64,000 nt of DNA from the human T2T-CHM13v2.0 reference genome, Homo sapiens. The notes under the pieces were generated by a model. The model made no database searches. It had not been told where the DNA came from and was given only the letters and a program-made list of their open reading frames with translations. Location of the stretch: assembly GCF_009914755.1 (NCBI RefSeq), contig NC_060925.1. The stretch is one strand, 5' to 3'. A program made the translations under genes and the position numbers. Below, piece after piece: positions 1 to 12,536 of this stretch (within the stretch, counting starts at the first letter, position 1; the number at the start of each line of letters is the position of its first letter).

Positions 1-729
1 AATAGCTACTTTTTTAAAGACTGTAAATTCCTGTAAATTAGGGTATGATTTAAAAATTAACCCTAAAAAGAATAAGTGTTGAAGGATGGAGCAACTTTCA
101 GTTTTGAATTACTAGCTGGATGCAGTAGTACTCCATTCTTAAAAGACAAGGAAGCGGGTCATTAGAGAGGATGCATCTAAATGCTATGTGTCAGAAAGGA
201 AAGGAAAATGGAGTTTCTTTACTGCTGAAAAACTGTGTAATTAGCTGAGATAACAAGCATTGATATTTATTGTTGTGGAATGCAAGGAAGAAACTGAAAA
301 ACAAAACTCCTGGTGTCTCCACTCCACATCTGCTGAACTAATTTGGGGGTAATTTTATCATTTTAATCTGCATGTTGCTCTTCCCCAGTTGCTAAAGTAC
401 CCTGGTGCATACCAGATGTCAGACATTTAATGAGGCCTCCGAGGTTTGGGATAAATTTGATTGCAGGTGTTTAATGGCTGTCAGGCCTTTGGACAAACCC
501 GTAAGCTGGTGGTTCCTGGTTTGCAATGATTCACAATACTCAACTCTTTAGTAAATGTTAGTGGCCATTCTAGCCACTAGGAGGAGCTGGAGGCTACTCC
601 ATCCACTACTCAACAGGCAAGACTGGTCCAGATGTAAGAGCAAAAGATTTTACTGTAGTAGGGTACTACGGAGTCAGTACTATAAAAGATGGAATTAGAT
701 CTCAGCCCATAAAGATATGACTTGAAGGA

Positions 730-930
730 GCATATAGTGGTTAAGAGTGATGGTTCCTAGGGTCTAGGTTTCAAGTCCTGCAAAATAGCAAATTTTCCTA
801 AGTCTCAGTTTCCTCAACTTTGAAACAAAGTTAGTATTAGTACCTATCCCTTAGGTTGTTGTGAGCAAGAAATAAGATAATCCAGGTAAAGAACTTAGCT
901 ACACTGTTAGTACTGCCTCATTAAATTTAT
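730..930 (+). mobile_element. MIR
   Basis: Core TAAGTCTCAGTTTCCTCAACTTTGAAAC...GTACCTATCCCTTAGGTTGTTGTGAG. Confidence 0.75.
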
Positions 931-1074
931 ATATATATATAGTGATCTGATGCTTAGGTGTTCACTTTATCTTGGGGAATCCTCTTCTGTAGAGCTTGGA
1001 TTCCAGCTAAGGTAGATGATGACTTGATCACCTATGCTAGGATCATCAGTTCCCTTACAGATGTAGTTTAGCCT

Positions 1075-1330
1075 AGTACTTTGAAGCACAGATTCTAGAG
1101 GCATACAGTTCTGAGTTGGAGTCCTGGTTTGGACACTTAGTAACTCTGTGACCTTGGGAAGGTTATTTAATCTTGTTAGATCTCAGTTTTCGTAATCTTT
1201 ATATGAATAAAACAATAATAACTTAGTTACGTAGTTGTTAGGATTACAATGAAATGACTCTTGGAACTATGTTTTCAATAGTATCTCGTGCATGGTAGTA
1301 CTCAATAAATGTTTTCTAGTATTATTATTC
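1075..1330 (+). mobile_element. MIR
   Basis: CACTTAGTAACTCTGTGACCTTGGGAAGGTTATTTAATC...CTCAGTTT...GTACTCAATAAATG. Confidence 0.85.
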
Positions 1331-1624
1331 CTTACTCCCAATACTTTATTTACTTAAAAAAAATCTTCTGTTCTCTCTATTATACTTTACTTCAAAATTT
1401 CAGACATCATTGGCTATAGAAAATTTTTTTATAAGACAAGTAGGTCTTCCCATTTCCCCTGAACTAATTACAACTTTGATTCTGATCATCTCTACCTCGG
1501 TCACTTTAAGATTACAGACTGTTGGATCAGAATATACAGTGTTCATTTTCTTATTCTTAGATGTCTCACATTTTAGCTAACATGCCTGGATTTGAAGACC
1601 TGTTAAATGTGATATTGTGAGAAA

Positions 1625-1752
1625 GAACCTCTCAACATTAGTTTCCTCATCCTTAAAAAGGGACTAATAATATCTAATTTATAGCATTGCATTTTAAAAT
1701 ACTCTTATTTGGGTAAAGCACAGTGCCTGGCACATGGTAGGCACTCAAAAAA
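1625..1752 (+). mobile_element. MIR fragment
   Basis: AGTTTCCTCATC...AGCACAGTGCCTGGCACATGGTAGGCACTCAA. Confidence 0.7.
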
Positions 1753-4267
1753 TGAGCCAGATTGCTGAGGAAGATGGGGGTTGAGGGGCCAAGGGGTTCA
1801 CATAAATTTTCACCTGGCTTCTTAATTTAATCCTTTCTCTTCCTTCCTTTGGGATAGATGTTTTCTCCTTTGTCCATTTTTATTTCCATTACTTTCCATG
1901 CCACTAGATCCAACCTCAAAATCTACCAGCCATTAAGTAAGGAAATATAAGCTGGTGCCAGTTGTATTGATCACTGATGCTTTGGTATTTTCATTGCTGA
2001 TGGGAACAGTAAACAAGAACTGAATACATTGTTTAGATTCTCAAGAAAGTCAAACATTAGGGGGCTGTCAGGCTAGGATGGAAATCCGTGGACCATTATG
2101 GTTGGAAAAGGGCAAGGAGCCGATGGTCAGGGCCAAGTAGGAAGACATTTGGTGTATCAACGTATAAGGGACTCTAAAACAACTACAGCCCTTGAAGACA
2201 TGGTGCCATTTAATTCAGGTTTCTACATGTAATTCCTTTTGTAGCTGGCCTCTTTCATAGTTTGGCTTCTGCCAAATTGAAGTGCACTTTGGAGTGAAAA
2301 TTAAAACAAAACAAAGCATTCCTTGCCACCTGTGATGGATCTCTGTTGAGAATTTTTCCAACAGGTGACAATCACTCTGAGAACAGCCAGTTGACAGCTG
2401 CCTGAAGTCAGCAGTTAGAGCTGAAATTGAAAAATGCATGTGATAGTGCTGTTTAGTGAGAACTGGAAATTTTACCCCTAAACTTTAAATGCTCTAATAT
2501 ACCTGCCAAGATGTTTTCTGATTTAGAATATTGCAAAAGAAACTAAAAAGAGAGAAAGAACTACCGAGAAGGTAAAAACATTTTGCTGACATAAAAGACA
2601 CTAGAAAAGAGCTTTCAATGGTACTTTGAACAGAACTTTGTAATATATTCTTATAAGGTACTTCTATATTCATGCATATAAACTATGAATAAAGAAAACT
2701 ACAAAAGAAAAGAATATTCCAAATTAAGTTAGAATATTACATTAAATGCAGTGCATGTGACTATCTTAGTTATCTTAAATACAATGAAAGAAGTATAAAA
2801 AGACACTTTCTCTCTATTTTAATAAATAATTGTTGGATGGATATTTTGGAGATAGTGGTTTAGATGTGCATGGAATTACTAGCTAGTCCAATTTATCCAT
2901 ATGTCTAGATGTGACTCTGGTATGGAGTACAAGATATTCTGTTATGAAGTTAGATGAGCTGTCTCTGCTTTGATAAGAAATAGGCTACTAATATGTCTAG
3001 TGATAGAGATGCTGAGAGTTAATCCTGGATAACAAATGAAGGGGAAATTAAGTGAAAATGTTAGCAACACTGAACTCGACAAGGTTCGTTTTGCTATGTC
3101 ACATTCCATAAGTGTTGACTCATCATCTCTAACATATCCTCTAAAGTTGGTGAAGATCCTTTTATCTGTTTTTAAGGGATGTGATCACAGACAGAAATTT
3201 TATTTTATGTATTTGCTACTTCTAGCATCTACAGCTAGTTACTGGAATCTCTGTATTCCAATTAAAAGTTTCTGGGAATAAATGGGACGGGAGTGGAGAG
3301 CAGAGAAAGTAAAATGCCCTGTGTGGATCAGGTTGAACAAGGCATGGGGCCATGAGTTAAAGTTCTTTAAGGGTAACTCATGGGTAGGGGAAGGAGAGGG
3401 GTTGAGAAGATGTGGTAGGCTGCGCACCCAACCCCAAGTGTGTCAAAAATACATTCCCTTTACAAATGAGGAAATGAGGCTCTGTTTTCCTCACTGTTTA
3501 GGATCTGAGTGCGATCTGAAGGCTCTGAGCCTTCAGGCAATTAAAAGGTAATTCAAGGTAATTCAAAGTGAGAATGGTAGTCATTGTTAAAATACACGTG
3601 GCAAAGTCCATCAATGTGTTGATAACTACTGTAATACTTTTTGAAATATTAAATTCTGTCACATATATTTTTCTTATTTTTGTGTGTGTCTGTTTTATTG
3701 TTCTCTAAGCATATCAACTAGGGAATAGGCAAGTCCTTCACCACTCAGAAGAAAATCCTATGCTACTCTGAAGGATGAAAAATGAAAGCACTGACTTTTA
3801 AGTTCTTTGTGGTTTCCTGAATATAGACTTTGTCTTAGAAGAGGTTTTGTGAATTGGGGAACTTTTTTCCTAGTGGCATATGATAATATGGGGCTTTTTG
3901 CTCTCTGGTACGTAATGCCCCAAAAACCGTATTTAATGAGAAAATATAGCATGATTTATAATCCATTCAAAGACATTCAAACACAGATTTATTTTTTATG
4001 TTAATTGAAGGCTGAAGGGTAACTTTTGTTGCTTAGATTAACAGTAAGCAGAGCTTTCAAATAAACTACTTTTGATGTATTGAGTATCAAATGTATTGAG
4101 TATTGATGTATTGAGTTACAAATACATGAGTCTTGCCCTTGTTTAAATGACCTGAGCTCCCTTTCTGTTTCTTTGGAGAGGGGATAACTAGATAACATTG
4201 AACATAAATGAAACATATTCAAAGTTAATTGTCTTTCCTTTTCTGTGATGACCAATCTTTCCTTTTT

Positions 4268-5455
4268 TGTATTTTTATTGATTTACCATAGTTGTACATA
4301 TTTTGGGGGTACATGTGATATTTTGATACATGTACAAAACATGTAGTCATCAAATCAGAATAATTGGGATATCTGTTACCTCAAACATTTATCTTTTCTT
4401 TATGTTGGAAGCATTATAATTCTTCTCCTCCAGCTATTTTGAAATATTCAATAAATTATTGTTAACTGCAATATCCCTGTTGTTCTGTCAAATACTAGAA
4501 TGTATTCCTTCAATCTAACTGAATTTTTGTACCCTTAACCAACTTCTTTTTATCCCTTCCCTCTTCCCTTCCCAGACTCTGGGGACCACCATTCTACTCT
4601 CTCCTTCCGTGAGATCCATTTTTTTTTAGTCCCCACATATAAGCAAGAACATGAAATGTTCTCTTGTCTTTCTGTGCCTGGCTTATTTCACTTAATGTGC
4701 CACCTCTAGTGGCATCCATGTTGTTACAAATGACAGGATTTCATTATTTGTATGGCTGAATAATATTCCATTGTAGAATACTTTTCTGTATTCATTCATC
4801 TGTTGTTGTACACATAGGTTGACTCCATATTTTAGCTGTTGTGAATTGTGGTGTAAGAGCCATGTGAGTGTAGATATCTTGTTGATGTACTAACTTCCTT
4901 TTTTTTTTTTTTTTTTTTTTTTGACAGAGTCTAGGCTGGAGTGCAGTGGCGTGATCTCGACTCACTGCAACCCTGCCTCCCAGATTCAAGCGATTCTCCT
5001 GCCTCAGCCTCCCAAATAGCTGGGATTACAGGTGCGTGCCACCACACCCAGCTAATTTTGTTTTCTTAGTAGAGATGGGGCTTCATCATGTTGGCCAGGG
5101 TGGTCTTGATCTCCTGACCTCATGATCTGCCCGCCTCGGCCTCCCCAAACTAACTTCCTTTCTTTTGGATACATATCCAGTAGTGGGATTGCTGGAGCAT
5201 ATGGTAATTTTATTTTTAGATTTTTGAGGAAACTCCGTACTGTTTTCCTTAATGGGTGTACTAATTTACAGTCTCACCAGCAGTGTACAAGCATTCCTCT
5301 TTCTCTCCATCCTCACCAGCATTTATTTTTTGTCTTTTTGATAGTAGCCATCCTAACTGGGGTGAGATAACGCTTTATTATAGATTGCATTTCCCTGATG
5401 ATTAGCGGTGTTGAGCTTTTTTTTTTTTTTTTTCCCCAAGATACTGGTTGACCAT
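4268..5455 (-). mobile_element. Old L1MA 3' end (L1MA3-5-like), interrupted by an Alu and by the L1PA; resumes briefly near 17758-17780
   Basis: Typical L1MA 3' UTR antisense text (GTTGTACATATTTTGGGGGTACATGTGATATTTTGATAC...). The continuation TGTCTTTTTTTTTGAGAAAT follows 17757. Confidence 0.85.
4902..5148 (-). mobile_element. AluS (Sc-like), lacking about 30 nt at its 5' end
   Basis: Poly(T) followed by Alu antisense. TSD ACTAACTTCCTTT at 4889-4901 and 5149-5161. Confidence 0.93.
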
Positions 5456-7175
5456 CTCCTTTTTTTTTGAACTTTTATTTTATATTCAGGGGGTGCATGT
5501 GCAGGTTTGTTACCTGGGTTACTGACAGATGCTGAGGTTTGTGTTACAAATGTTCACATCACCCAGGTTCTGAGCATAGCACCTAATAGTTACTTTTTCA
5601 AACCTTGCTCCCCTTCTTCCTCCCTCTGGTAGTCCCCAGTTTCTATTGTTGCCATCTCTATGGCCATGAGTACCCAATGTTGAGTTCCCTCTTGTAAGTG
5701 AGAACATGTAGTATTTGGTTTTCTGTTGCTGCATTAATTCACTTAGGATAATGGCCTCCAGCTCCATCCATTTTGCTGCAAAAGACATGATTTCATCCTT
5801 TTTATGGCTTCATAGTATTCCATGGTATACATGTACCACATTTTCTTTATCCAGTCCACCATTGATGGGCACCTAGGTTGATCTCCTGTTTTTGCTATTG
5901 TGAATAGTATTGTGGTGAACATGTGAGTGCATGTGTCTTTTTGGTAGAATGATTTTTTTTTTCTTTTTGATATACCCCTAGTAATGGCATTGCTGGGTCA
6001 AATGATAGTTCTGTTTTAAGTTCATTAAGAAATCCCCAAACTGCTTTCCACAGTGGTTGAACTAATTTACATTCTCACCAGCAGTGTATAAGTGTCCCCT
6101 GTTCTCTGCAATCTTACCAGCATCTGTTATTTTTTGACTTTTTAATAATAGCTGTTCTGATTGGTGTGAGATGGTATCTCATTATGGTTTTGATTTGCAT
6201 TACTCTGATGATTAGTGATGTTGAGCACATTTTCATAAGTTTGCTGGCTGCTTGTATGTCTTGTTTCGACAAAATACATGGTTCCACAAGTATTTTGCTC
6301 ATTTTTTTAATGGGGTTATTTGTTTTCTACTTATTCAATTAAATTCCGTATAGATTCTGGGTACTAGACCTTTGCCAGATGTGCAGCCTGTGAATATCTT
6401 CTACCATTCTCTAGATTGTCTTTTACTCTGTTGAGAGTTTCTTTTGCTGTGCAGAAGCTCTTTAGTTTCATTAGGTCTGACTTGTCAGTTTTTGTTTATA
6501 TTGTAATTGTTTTTGAGGACTTGGTCTTAATTTCTTTCTCAAAGTTGGTGTCCAGAATGGTGTTTCCTAGGTTTCTTTCTAGGATTCTTACAGTTTGATG
6601 GCTTACATTTAAATTTTTAATCCATCTTGAGTTAATTTTTGTATGTGGTTAAAGGCAAGGGTTCAGTTTCATTCTTCTGCATATGGACAGTCAGCTATGC
6701 CATTTATTCAATAGTGTCCTTTCCCCATTACTTGTTTTTGTCAACTTTATCAAGATCAGATGGCTTTAGGTGTTCAGCTTTATCTCTGGGTTCTCTATTC
6801 TGTTCTGCTGGTCTATGGGTCTGCTTTTGTACCAGTACCATGCTATTTTGGTTACTGTAGCCTTGTAGTATAGTTTGAAGTTGGGTAATGTGATGCCTCT
6901 TGTTTTTTTTGTTTGTTTGTTTGTTTGTTTTCTTAGCATTGCTTCAGCTATTCAGGCTCTTTTGTGGTTCCACATGAATTTTTGAAAAGTTTTTTCTAGT
7001 TCTGTGAAAAATGACATTGGTAGTTTGATGGGAAGTATATTGAATCTGTAGATTGCTTTGGGCAGTATGGCCACTTTAATAATATTGATTCTTTCAATTC
7101 ATAAGCATGGAATGTTTTTCCATTTGTTTGTGTCATCTGTGATTTCTGTTAGCAGTGTTTTGTAGTTCTCCTTGT

Positions 7176-7621
7176 TTTCACTCATGTCCATGTGAAGAGA
7201 CCACCAAACAGGCTTTGCATGAGCCATAAAGCTTTTAATCTCCTGGGTGCAGGCGGGCTGAGTCCGAAGAGAGAGTCAGCAAAGGGAGATAGGGGTGGGG
7301 CCATTTTATAAGATTTGGGTAGGTGAAGGAAAAAGGGGGGTTGTTCTCTGGCAGGCAGGAGTGGGGGTCACAAGGTGCTCAGTGGGGGAGCTTTTAGAGC
7401 CAGGAAGAGCCAGGAGAAGGAATTTCACAAGGTAATGTCATCAGTTAAGGCAAGGACTGGCCATTTTCACTTCTTTTGTGGTGGAATATCATCAGTTAAG
7501 GCAGGAACAGGCCATTTAAATATCACTTCTTTTGTGATTCTTCAGTTACTTCAGGCCATCTGGATGTATAGTGCAGGTCACAGGGGATATGATGGCTTAG
7601 CTTGGGCTCAGAGGCCTGACA
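7176..7621 (-). promoter_or_regulatory. HERV-H 3' LTR (LTR7) with polyadenylation signal
   Basis: Preceded on the minus strand by the purine tract AAGAAGACAGGAA. ATTAAA at 7239-7234. About 20 substitutions versus the 5' LTR by manual count. Confidence 0.96.
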
Positions 7622-7639
7622 TTCCTGTCTTCTTATATT

Positions 7640-8200
7640 AATAAGAAAAATAAAACATAATAGTGTTGAAGTGTTGGGGTGGCAAAAATTTTTGGGGGTG
7701 GTATGGAGAGATAATGGGCGATGTTTCTCAGGGCTGCTTCGAGTGGGATTAGGGGTGGCGTGGGAACCTAGAGTGGGAGAGATTAAGCTGCAGGAAGATT
7801 TTGTGGTAAGGGGTGATATTGTGGGGTTGTTAGAAGAAACATTTGTCGTATAGAATTCTTGGTGATGGCCTGGATACGGTTTTGTATGAATTGAAAAAAG
7901 AACGGAATAAGACAAGGAGAAAAACAGGTATTAAAGGACTAAGAATTGGGAGGACCCAGGATATCCAACTAGAGAGTGCCTAAGGAGGTTCAGCATAGCC
8001 CTGCCAGCAAAGATTATTTATTTACTTTAAGAGGGATTTAAGAGTAGCAGTTTGGGGTTAGCACCAAGAGATATCAGCTGTGATGGCTTGGAGAAACAGT
8101 GTAAACCAGCAGTGTAAACAAGAGCAGGGCATTAATGAGTAGTTGAGAACGATAAATAGGAGTATGTCTAGACAGCAGATAGTAGGGATGACAAGTTTTT
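7640..8200 (-). pseudogene. env: HERV-H env remnant / 3' region
   Basis: Short segment between integrase and the polypurine tract, far too short for an intact env. Confidence 0.6.
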
Positions 8201-8289
8201 TGTTTTTTTTTTTTTTTTGGTGGTGGGGTAGGAGGGTGCAGTCCAAGCTGATCTGGTGTCTGGAATGAGACTGGGGCCTAATAAAAAGG

Positions 8290-10199
8290 AGCATCTATAC
8301 AGGAGCTCAAATGGGCTGTACCTTGTAGCATTCCGAGGACAGGCCTGAGTTCTGAGAAGGGCAAGTGGTAAAAGTATTGTCCAGTCCTTTTTAAGTTGGT
8401 GGCTGAGCTTGGTGAGGTGTGTTTTTAAAAGACCATTAGTTCACTGAATACTAAGAGCCTGAGAAACTGCTTGGGTAATTTGACTAATAAAGGCCAGTCT
8501 GTTATAGGACTGTATAGAGGTGGGAAGGCCAAACTGAGGAATTATGTCTGACAGAAGGGAAGAAATGACTGTGGTGGCCTTCTTAGACCCTGTGGGAAAG
8601 ACCTCTACCTATCCAGTGAAAGTGTCTACCTAGACCAAGAGGTATTTTAGTTTCCTGACTCAGGGCATGTTGAGTAAAGTCAATTTGCCAGTCCTGGGCA
8701 GGGGCAAACCCCTGAGCTTGATGTGTAGGGAAGGGAAGGGGCCTGAATAATCCCTGAGGGGTAGTAGAATAGCAGATGGAACACTGAGTAGTTATTTCTT
8801 TGAGGACAGATTTCCACGATGGAAAGGAAATGAGAGGTTCTAAGAGGCAGGCTAGTGCTTGTACTATAGCATAGCCCACCTTTGCTGGTGTGTCGCAATT
8901 AGGCCTGGTGGAACTGCTATCAGTAAACCAAGTGTGATCAGGGTAAGGAACAGGAAAGAAGGAAATATGGGGAAATGGGGTGAATGTCAGGTCGATCAGA
9001 GAGATACAGTCATGCCGGTCAGGTGTGGTATCAGGAATAATGTGGGAGGCCGGATTGAAGTCCAGGCCAGGAACAATGGTAATTGTGGGAGACTCAACAA
9101 AGAGTGAGTACAGCTGAAGGAGCCAGGAGACAGTCTATGTGTCAGGTGTGAGGAAGAAAATAGATTTTGGAAGTTACGAGAACTGTAGAGAGTGAGTTGA
9201 ACATAGTTTGTGATTTTAAGGGCTTCTAAAATATTAGGGCAGCAGCGGCCGCCACATGCAGACTTGAGGGCTAGGCAAAACAGTAAGGTCAAGTTGTTTG
9301 GATAAAAAGGCTACAGGGCACAGTCCCGGTTCTTGTGTAAGAATTCCAACTGCACAGCCCTGCATTTCAGCTATGGGTAATGAAAAGGGTTGGGATGAGT
9401 CAGGGAGAGTTACGGTGGGTGCGGTCTCTAAAGCTGTCTTCAAGGAACGGAAAGAGGAGTGGGGAAAGGATTTAGGGTCTATGGGGTCAGCTAGGTTTCC
9501 TCTTGTGAGTTTATATAATGGTTTTGTTAGGATGGCAAAACCAGGTATCTAAAGTCGAAAGTATCTAACCATGCCTAGGAAGGAAAGGAGTTGTTGTTTT
9601 GTAGGTGTTGGGGTTTGAGAGATCAGTCGGACACGATCAGCAGGGAGAGCACGTGTGTTTTTATGAGAATTACGCTGAGATAGATAACAGATGAGGAAGA
9701 AATTTGGGCTTGACTGAAGTAATGGGGGCTGTCCGCAAGGCCTTGCAGCAGTACATCCCAGGTAATTTGCTGAGCTTGATGGGTGTCGGGGCAGTCTAAG
9801 TGAAAGTGAAGAGAGGCTGGGATGAAGGGTGCAAAGGAATAGTAAAGAAAGCATGTTTGAGATCTAGAACAGAATAATGGGTTGTAGAGGGAGGTATTGA
9901 GGATAGGAGAGTATATAGGTTTGGCACCACAGGGTGGATAGGCAAAACAATTGGTTGATAAGGTGCAGATCCTGAACTAACCTGTAAGGCTTGTCTGGTT
10001 TTAGAACAGGTAAAATGGGGGAATTGTAAGGAGAGTTTATAGGCTTTAAAAGGCCATGCTGCAGCAGGCGAGTGATAACAGGCTTTAATCTTTTTAAAGC
10101 ATGCTGCGGGATGGGATATTGGCGTGGAGCAAGGTAAGGGTGATTAGGTTTTAATGAGATAGTAAGGGGTGCATGATTGGTCACCAAGGAGGTAGTAGA
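8290..10199 (-). pseudogene. pol: HERV-H pol remnant (RT, partial RNase H, integrase), frameshifted and deleted
   Basis: QYPIP...[23 protein letters not shown] (RT), LLSFLGMVRYFRL, PVAFLSKQLD, and CSIC plus QDWQIDFT (integrase) in separate short ORFs. Confidence 0.92.
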
Positions 10200-10560
10200 G
10201 GTATCTTATACTTGTGGGCTAAGGTGGGGAGATACAACAGGAGGATGTGAAGGAGGCTTTGAACTGGAGGAAAAGGCAGCAATGAGGTGTGGCTATAGCC
10301 CAGGAATAGTCAGGGAAGCAGATAATTTAAAGTGTCTCGGCCTAATAAGGGAACTGGGCAGGTGGGGATAACTAAAAGGAGTGCTTAAAAGAGTATTGTC
10401 TAAGTTGGCACCAGAGTTGGGGAGTTTTAAGAGGTTTAGAAGCCTGGCCGTCAATACCCACAACAGTTATGGAGGCAAGGGAAACAGGCCCTTGAAAAGA
10501 AAGTAATGTGGAGTAGGTAGCCTCCGTGTTGATTAAGAAGGGGACGGACTTACCCTCCAC
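10200..10560 (-). pseudogene. pro: HERV-H protease remnant
   Basis: ORF 10372-10560 EGKSVPFLINTEATYSTL...VVGIDGQ. The catalytic DTG reads NTE and the frame is interrupted. Confidence 0.85.
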
Positions 10561-11760
10561 TGTGAGAGTTACTCAGAGCATCTGTGATGGTTCTGTAGGC
10601 TTCCAAGGCAATCGGGCAGTGTCAGTCTGCAGCTGCTAAGCTGAGAAGCTCTGGAAAGGGGTCAGAGAGCCTTGGGCCAGAGTTCCAGGGGCTCTGGGAG
10701 TGGCTGCAAGGTGAGTTGAACAGTCCGATTTTTCAGTGGGGTCCTGCACAGATGGGACACAGCTTAGGAGGAATTCCTGGCTGTGGGCATTCCTTAGCCC
10801 AGTGGCCAGATTTCTGGCACTTGTAACAAGCTCCTTGGGGAGGAGGTTCTGGATGAACCCCTGGCAACTGTGGTTCAGGCGTGTGGAGTTCTTATGTGCT
10901 GGAGATGTGGCTGGGGTTTGTCTCACAGTGGAGGCAAGGAATTGCAACTCAGAAATATATTGCTACTTGGCTGCCTCTACTCTATTATTGTACACCTTGA
11001 AGGCGAGGTTAATTAAGTCCTGTTGTGGGGTTTGAGGGACGGAATTTAATTTTTGGAGCTTTATTTAACGTCGGGAGTGGATTGGGTAGTAAAATAAAAT
11101 GCATATTGAGAATAAGATGGCCTTCTGACTTTTCAGGGTCTAGGGCTGTAAAGTGTCTCAGGGTTGCTGCCAAACGAGCCATGAACTGGGCTAGGTTTTT
11201 ATATTTGATGAAAGAGCCTAAATGCTAACTGATTTGGGAGAGGACAGATAAAGAAAAAGGAGCATTAACCTTGACTATGCCTTTAGCTCCAGCCACCTTT
11301 TTAAGAGGAAATTGCTGGGCAGGTGGGGGAGGGCTAGTGGTGGAATGAAACTGTAAGCCAGACCGGGTGTGAGGAGGGGAGACAATAAAAAGATTATAGG
11401 GTGGAGGAGCGGAGGCTGAGGAAGAATTGGGACCTAGCTCGGCCTGGTAAGGAGCAGTCTGGGGAGGAGGGGAGAGGTCAGATGGGTCTGTAGAAAAGGA
11501 AGATTAGAAAGACTCAGTGAAGCTTGGGGTTGGGACTGAGGGGACAGGCAAGAGGGAAAGAAGGATGATTTGGGAGGAGTTGCATTGGGAACAGACTAGG
11601 GAGGGAACAATGTGTAAAAGAATGCCTGGATGTCAGGCACCTCAGACTGTTTGCCTATTTTATGACAAGAATTATTTAGATCTTATAGGATGGAAAAATC
11701 AAAAGTGCCATTTTCTAGCTATTTGGAACCACTGTTGAGTTTGTATTGGGGTCAAGCAGC
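10561..11760 (-). pseudogene. gag: HERV-H gag remnant (disrupted)
   Basis: Minus 10828-10787 encodes an intact CCHC knuckle CYKCQKSGHWAKEC. The second knuckle CPICAGPH* ends in a stop. There is no long ORF and the 5' boundary is approximate. Confidence 0.85.
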
Positions 11761-11889
11761 ATTGCAGAAGAAAATAAGGCATTTAGGTTTAGGTCAGGTG
11801 TGAGTTGAAGAGGTTTTAAGTTCTTGACAGCACAGGCTAAGGGAGAAGAAGGAGGAATGGAGGGTGGAAGTCTGCCCATAGTGAAGGAG

Positions 11890-12080
11890 GCAAGCCCAGA
11901 AAAAAGAGAGAGTAGAGACACAGAGAGAAGGGGTGGGGGGTGCTTGCCCCCCAGGAAAGTGGAGAAAGGGTAGAGACATGGAGAGAAGGGGTGGAGGGGT
12001 TCTTGCCCTCCAGAAAAGTGGAAAAGGGGTAGAGACACAGAGAGAGGGGGTCGGGGGTTCTTGCCCCCCAGAAAAGCAGT
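11890..12080 (-). repeat. About 60-bp tandem repeats (3 copies) in the HERV-H leader/pre-gag region
   Basis: Repeated GTAGAGACAC(A/G)GAGAGAAGGGGTGGGGG..CTTGCCCCCCAG(A/G)AAAG units on the plus strand. Confidence 0.8.
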
Positions 12081-12384
12081 ACTTGCCACTAAGGGTGAAG
12101 GAGCAAGGCAGGCATCCCCACGTGGTCAGACACCTCTGAAATGTGGGTGAATAATCAGGCAGGCATCCCCGCGGTGATTAAACACCAAGGGAAGTCTGTC
12201 TTCCTGAGTCCGTGAGGGCCGGAGTTTTGGGTTCATGGATAAAATGCGTCTCCTTTGTCTCTACCAGAAAAGGAAAGGAACTGAAATTAAGAGAAGGGAG
12301 AAATTGAAGTGTGGCGCCAAGATTGAAAGGAGAAAGAGGTTGAGGGATAGTGAGAGAAGTTGGAGAAGAGAGTAAAAAGAGGCC

Positions 12385-12393
12385 GCTTACCTG
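12385..12393 (-). promoter_or_regulatory. HERV-H major splice donor
   Basis: Minus strand CAG|GTAAGC about 145 nt downstream of the 5' LTR, the known position of the HERV-H leader donor. Confidence 0.85.
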
Positions 12394-12516
12394 ATTTAAA
12401 ATTGGTGTGATGTTCCTTGGGCTGGTCGATCTGAGGACCTGAGGTCGTAGGTGGATCTTTCTCATGGAGCAAAGAGCAGGAGGAGAGGGGATTGATCTCC
12501 CAAGGGAGGTCCCCTG

Positions 12517-12534
12517 ATCTGAGTCACGGCACCA
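12517..12534 (-). promoter_or_regulatory. Primer binding site for tRNA-His
   Basis: Minus strand TGGTGCCGTGACTCAGAT just after the 5' LTR, one mismatch from the HERV-H PBS TGGTGCCGTGACTCGGAT. Confidence 0.95.
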
Positions 12535-12536
12535 AA

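Noticed and set aside
652-684. Small hairpin GTAGTA-GGG-TACTAC
   Set aside because: A 6-8 bp stem is expected by chance in 64 kb.
8290-11760. Functional HERV-H Gag-Pro-Pol
   Set aside because: Multiple stops and frameshifts, protease DTG replaced by NTE, a stop in the second zinc knuckle, and deletions in pol.
12517-12534. tRNA-His gene
   Set aside because: Only 18 nt complementary to the tRNA 3' end. It is the retroviral primer binding site.
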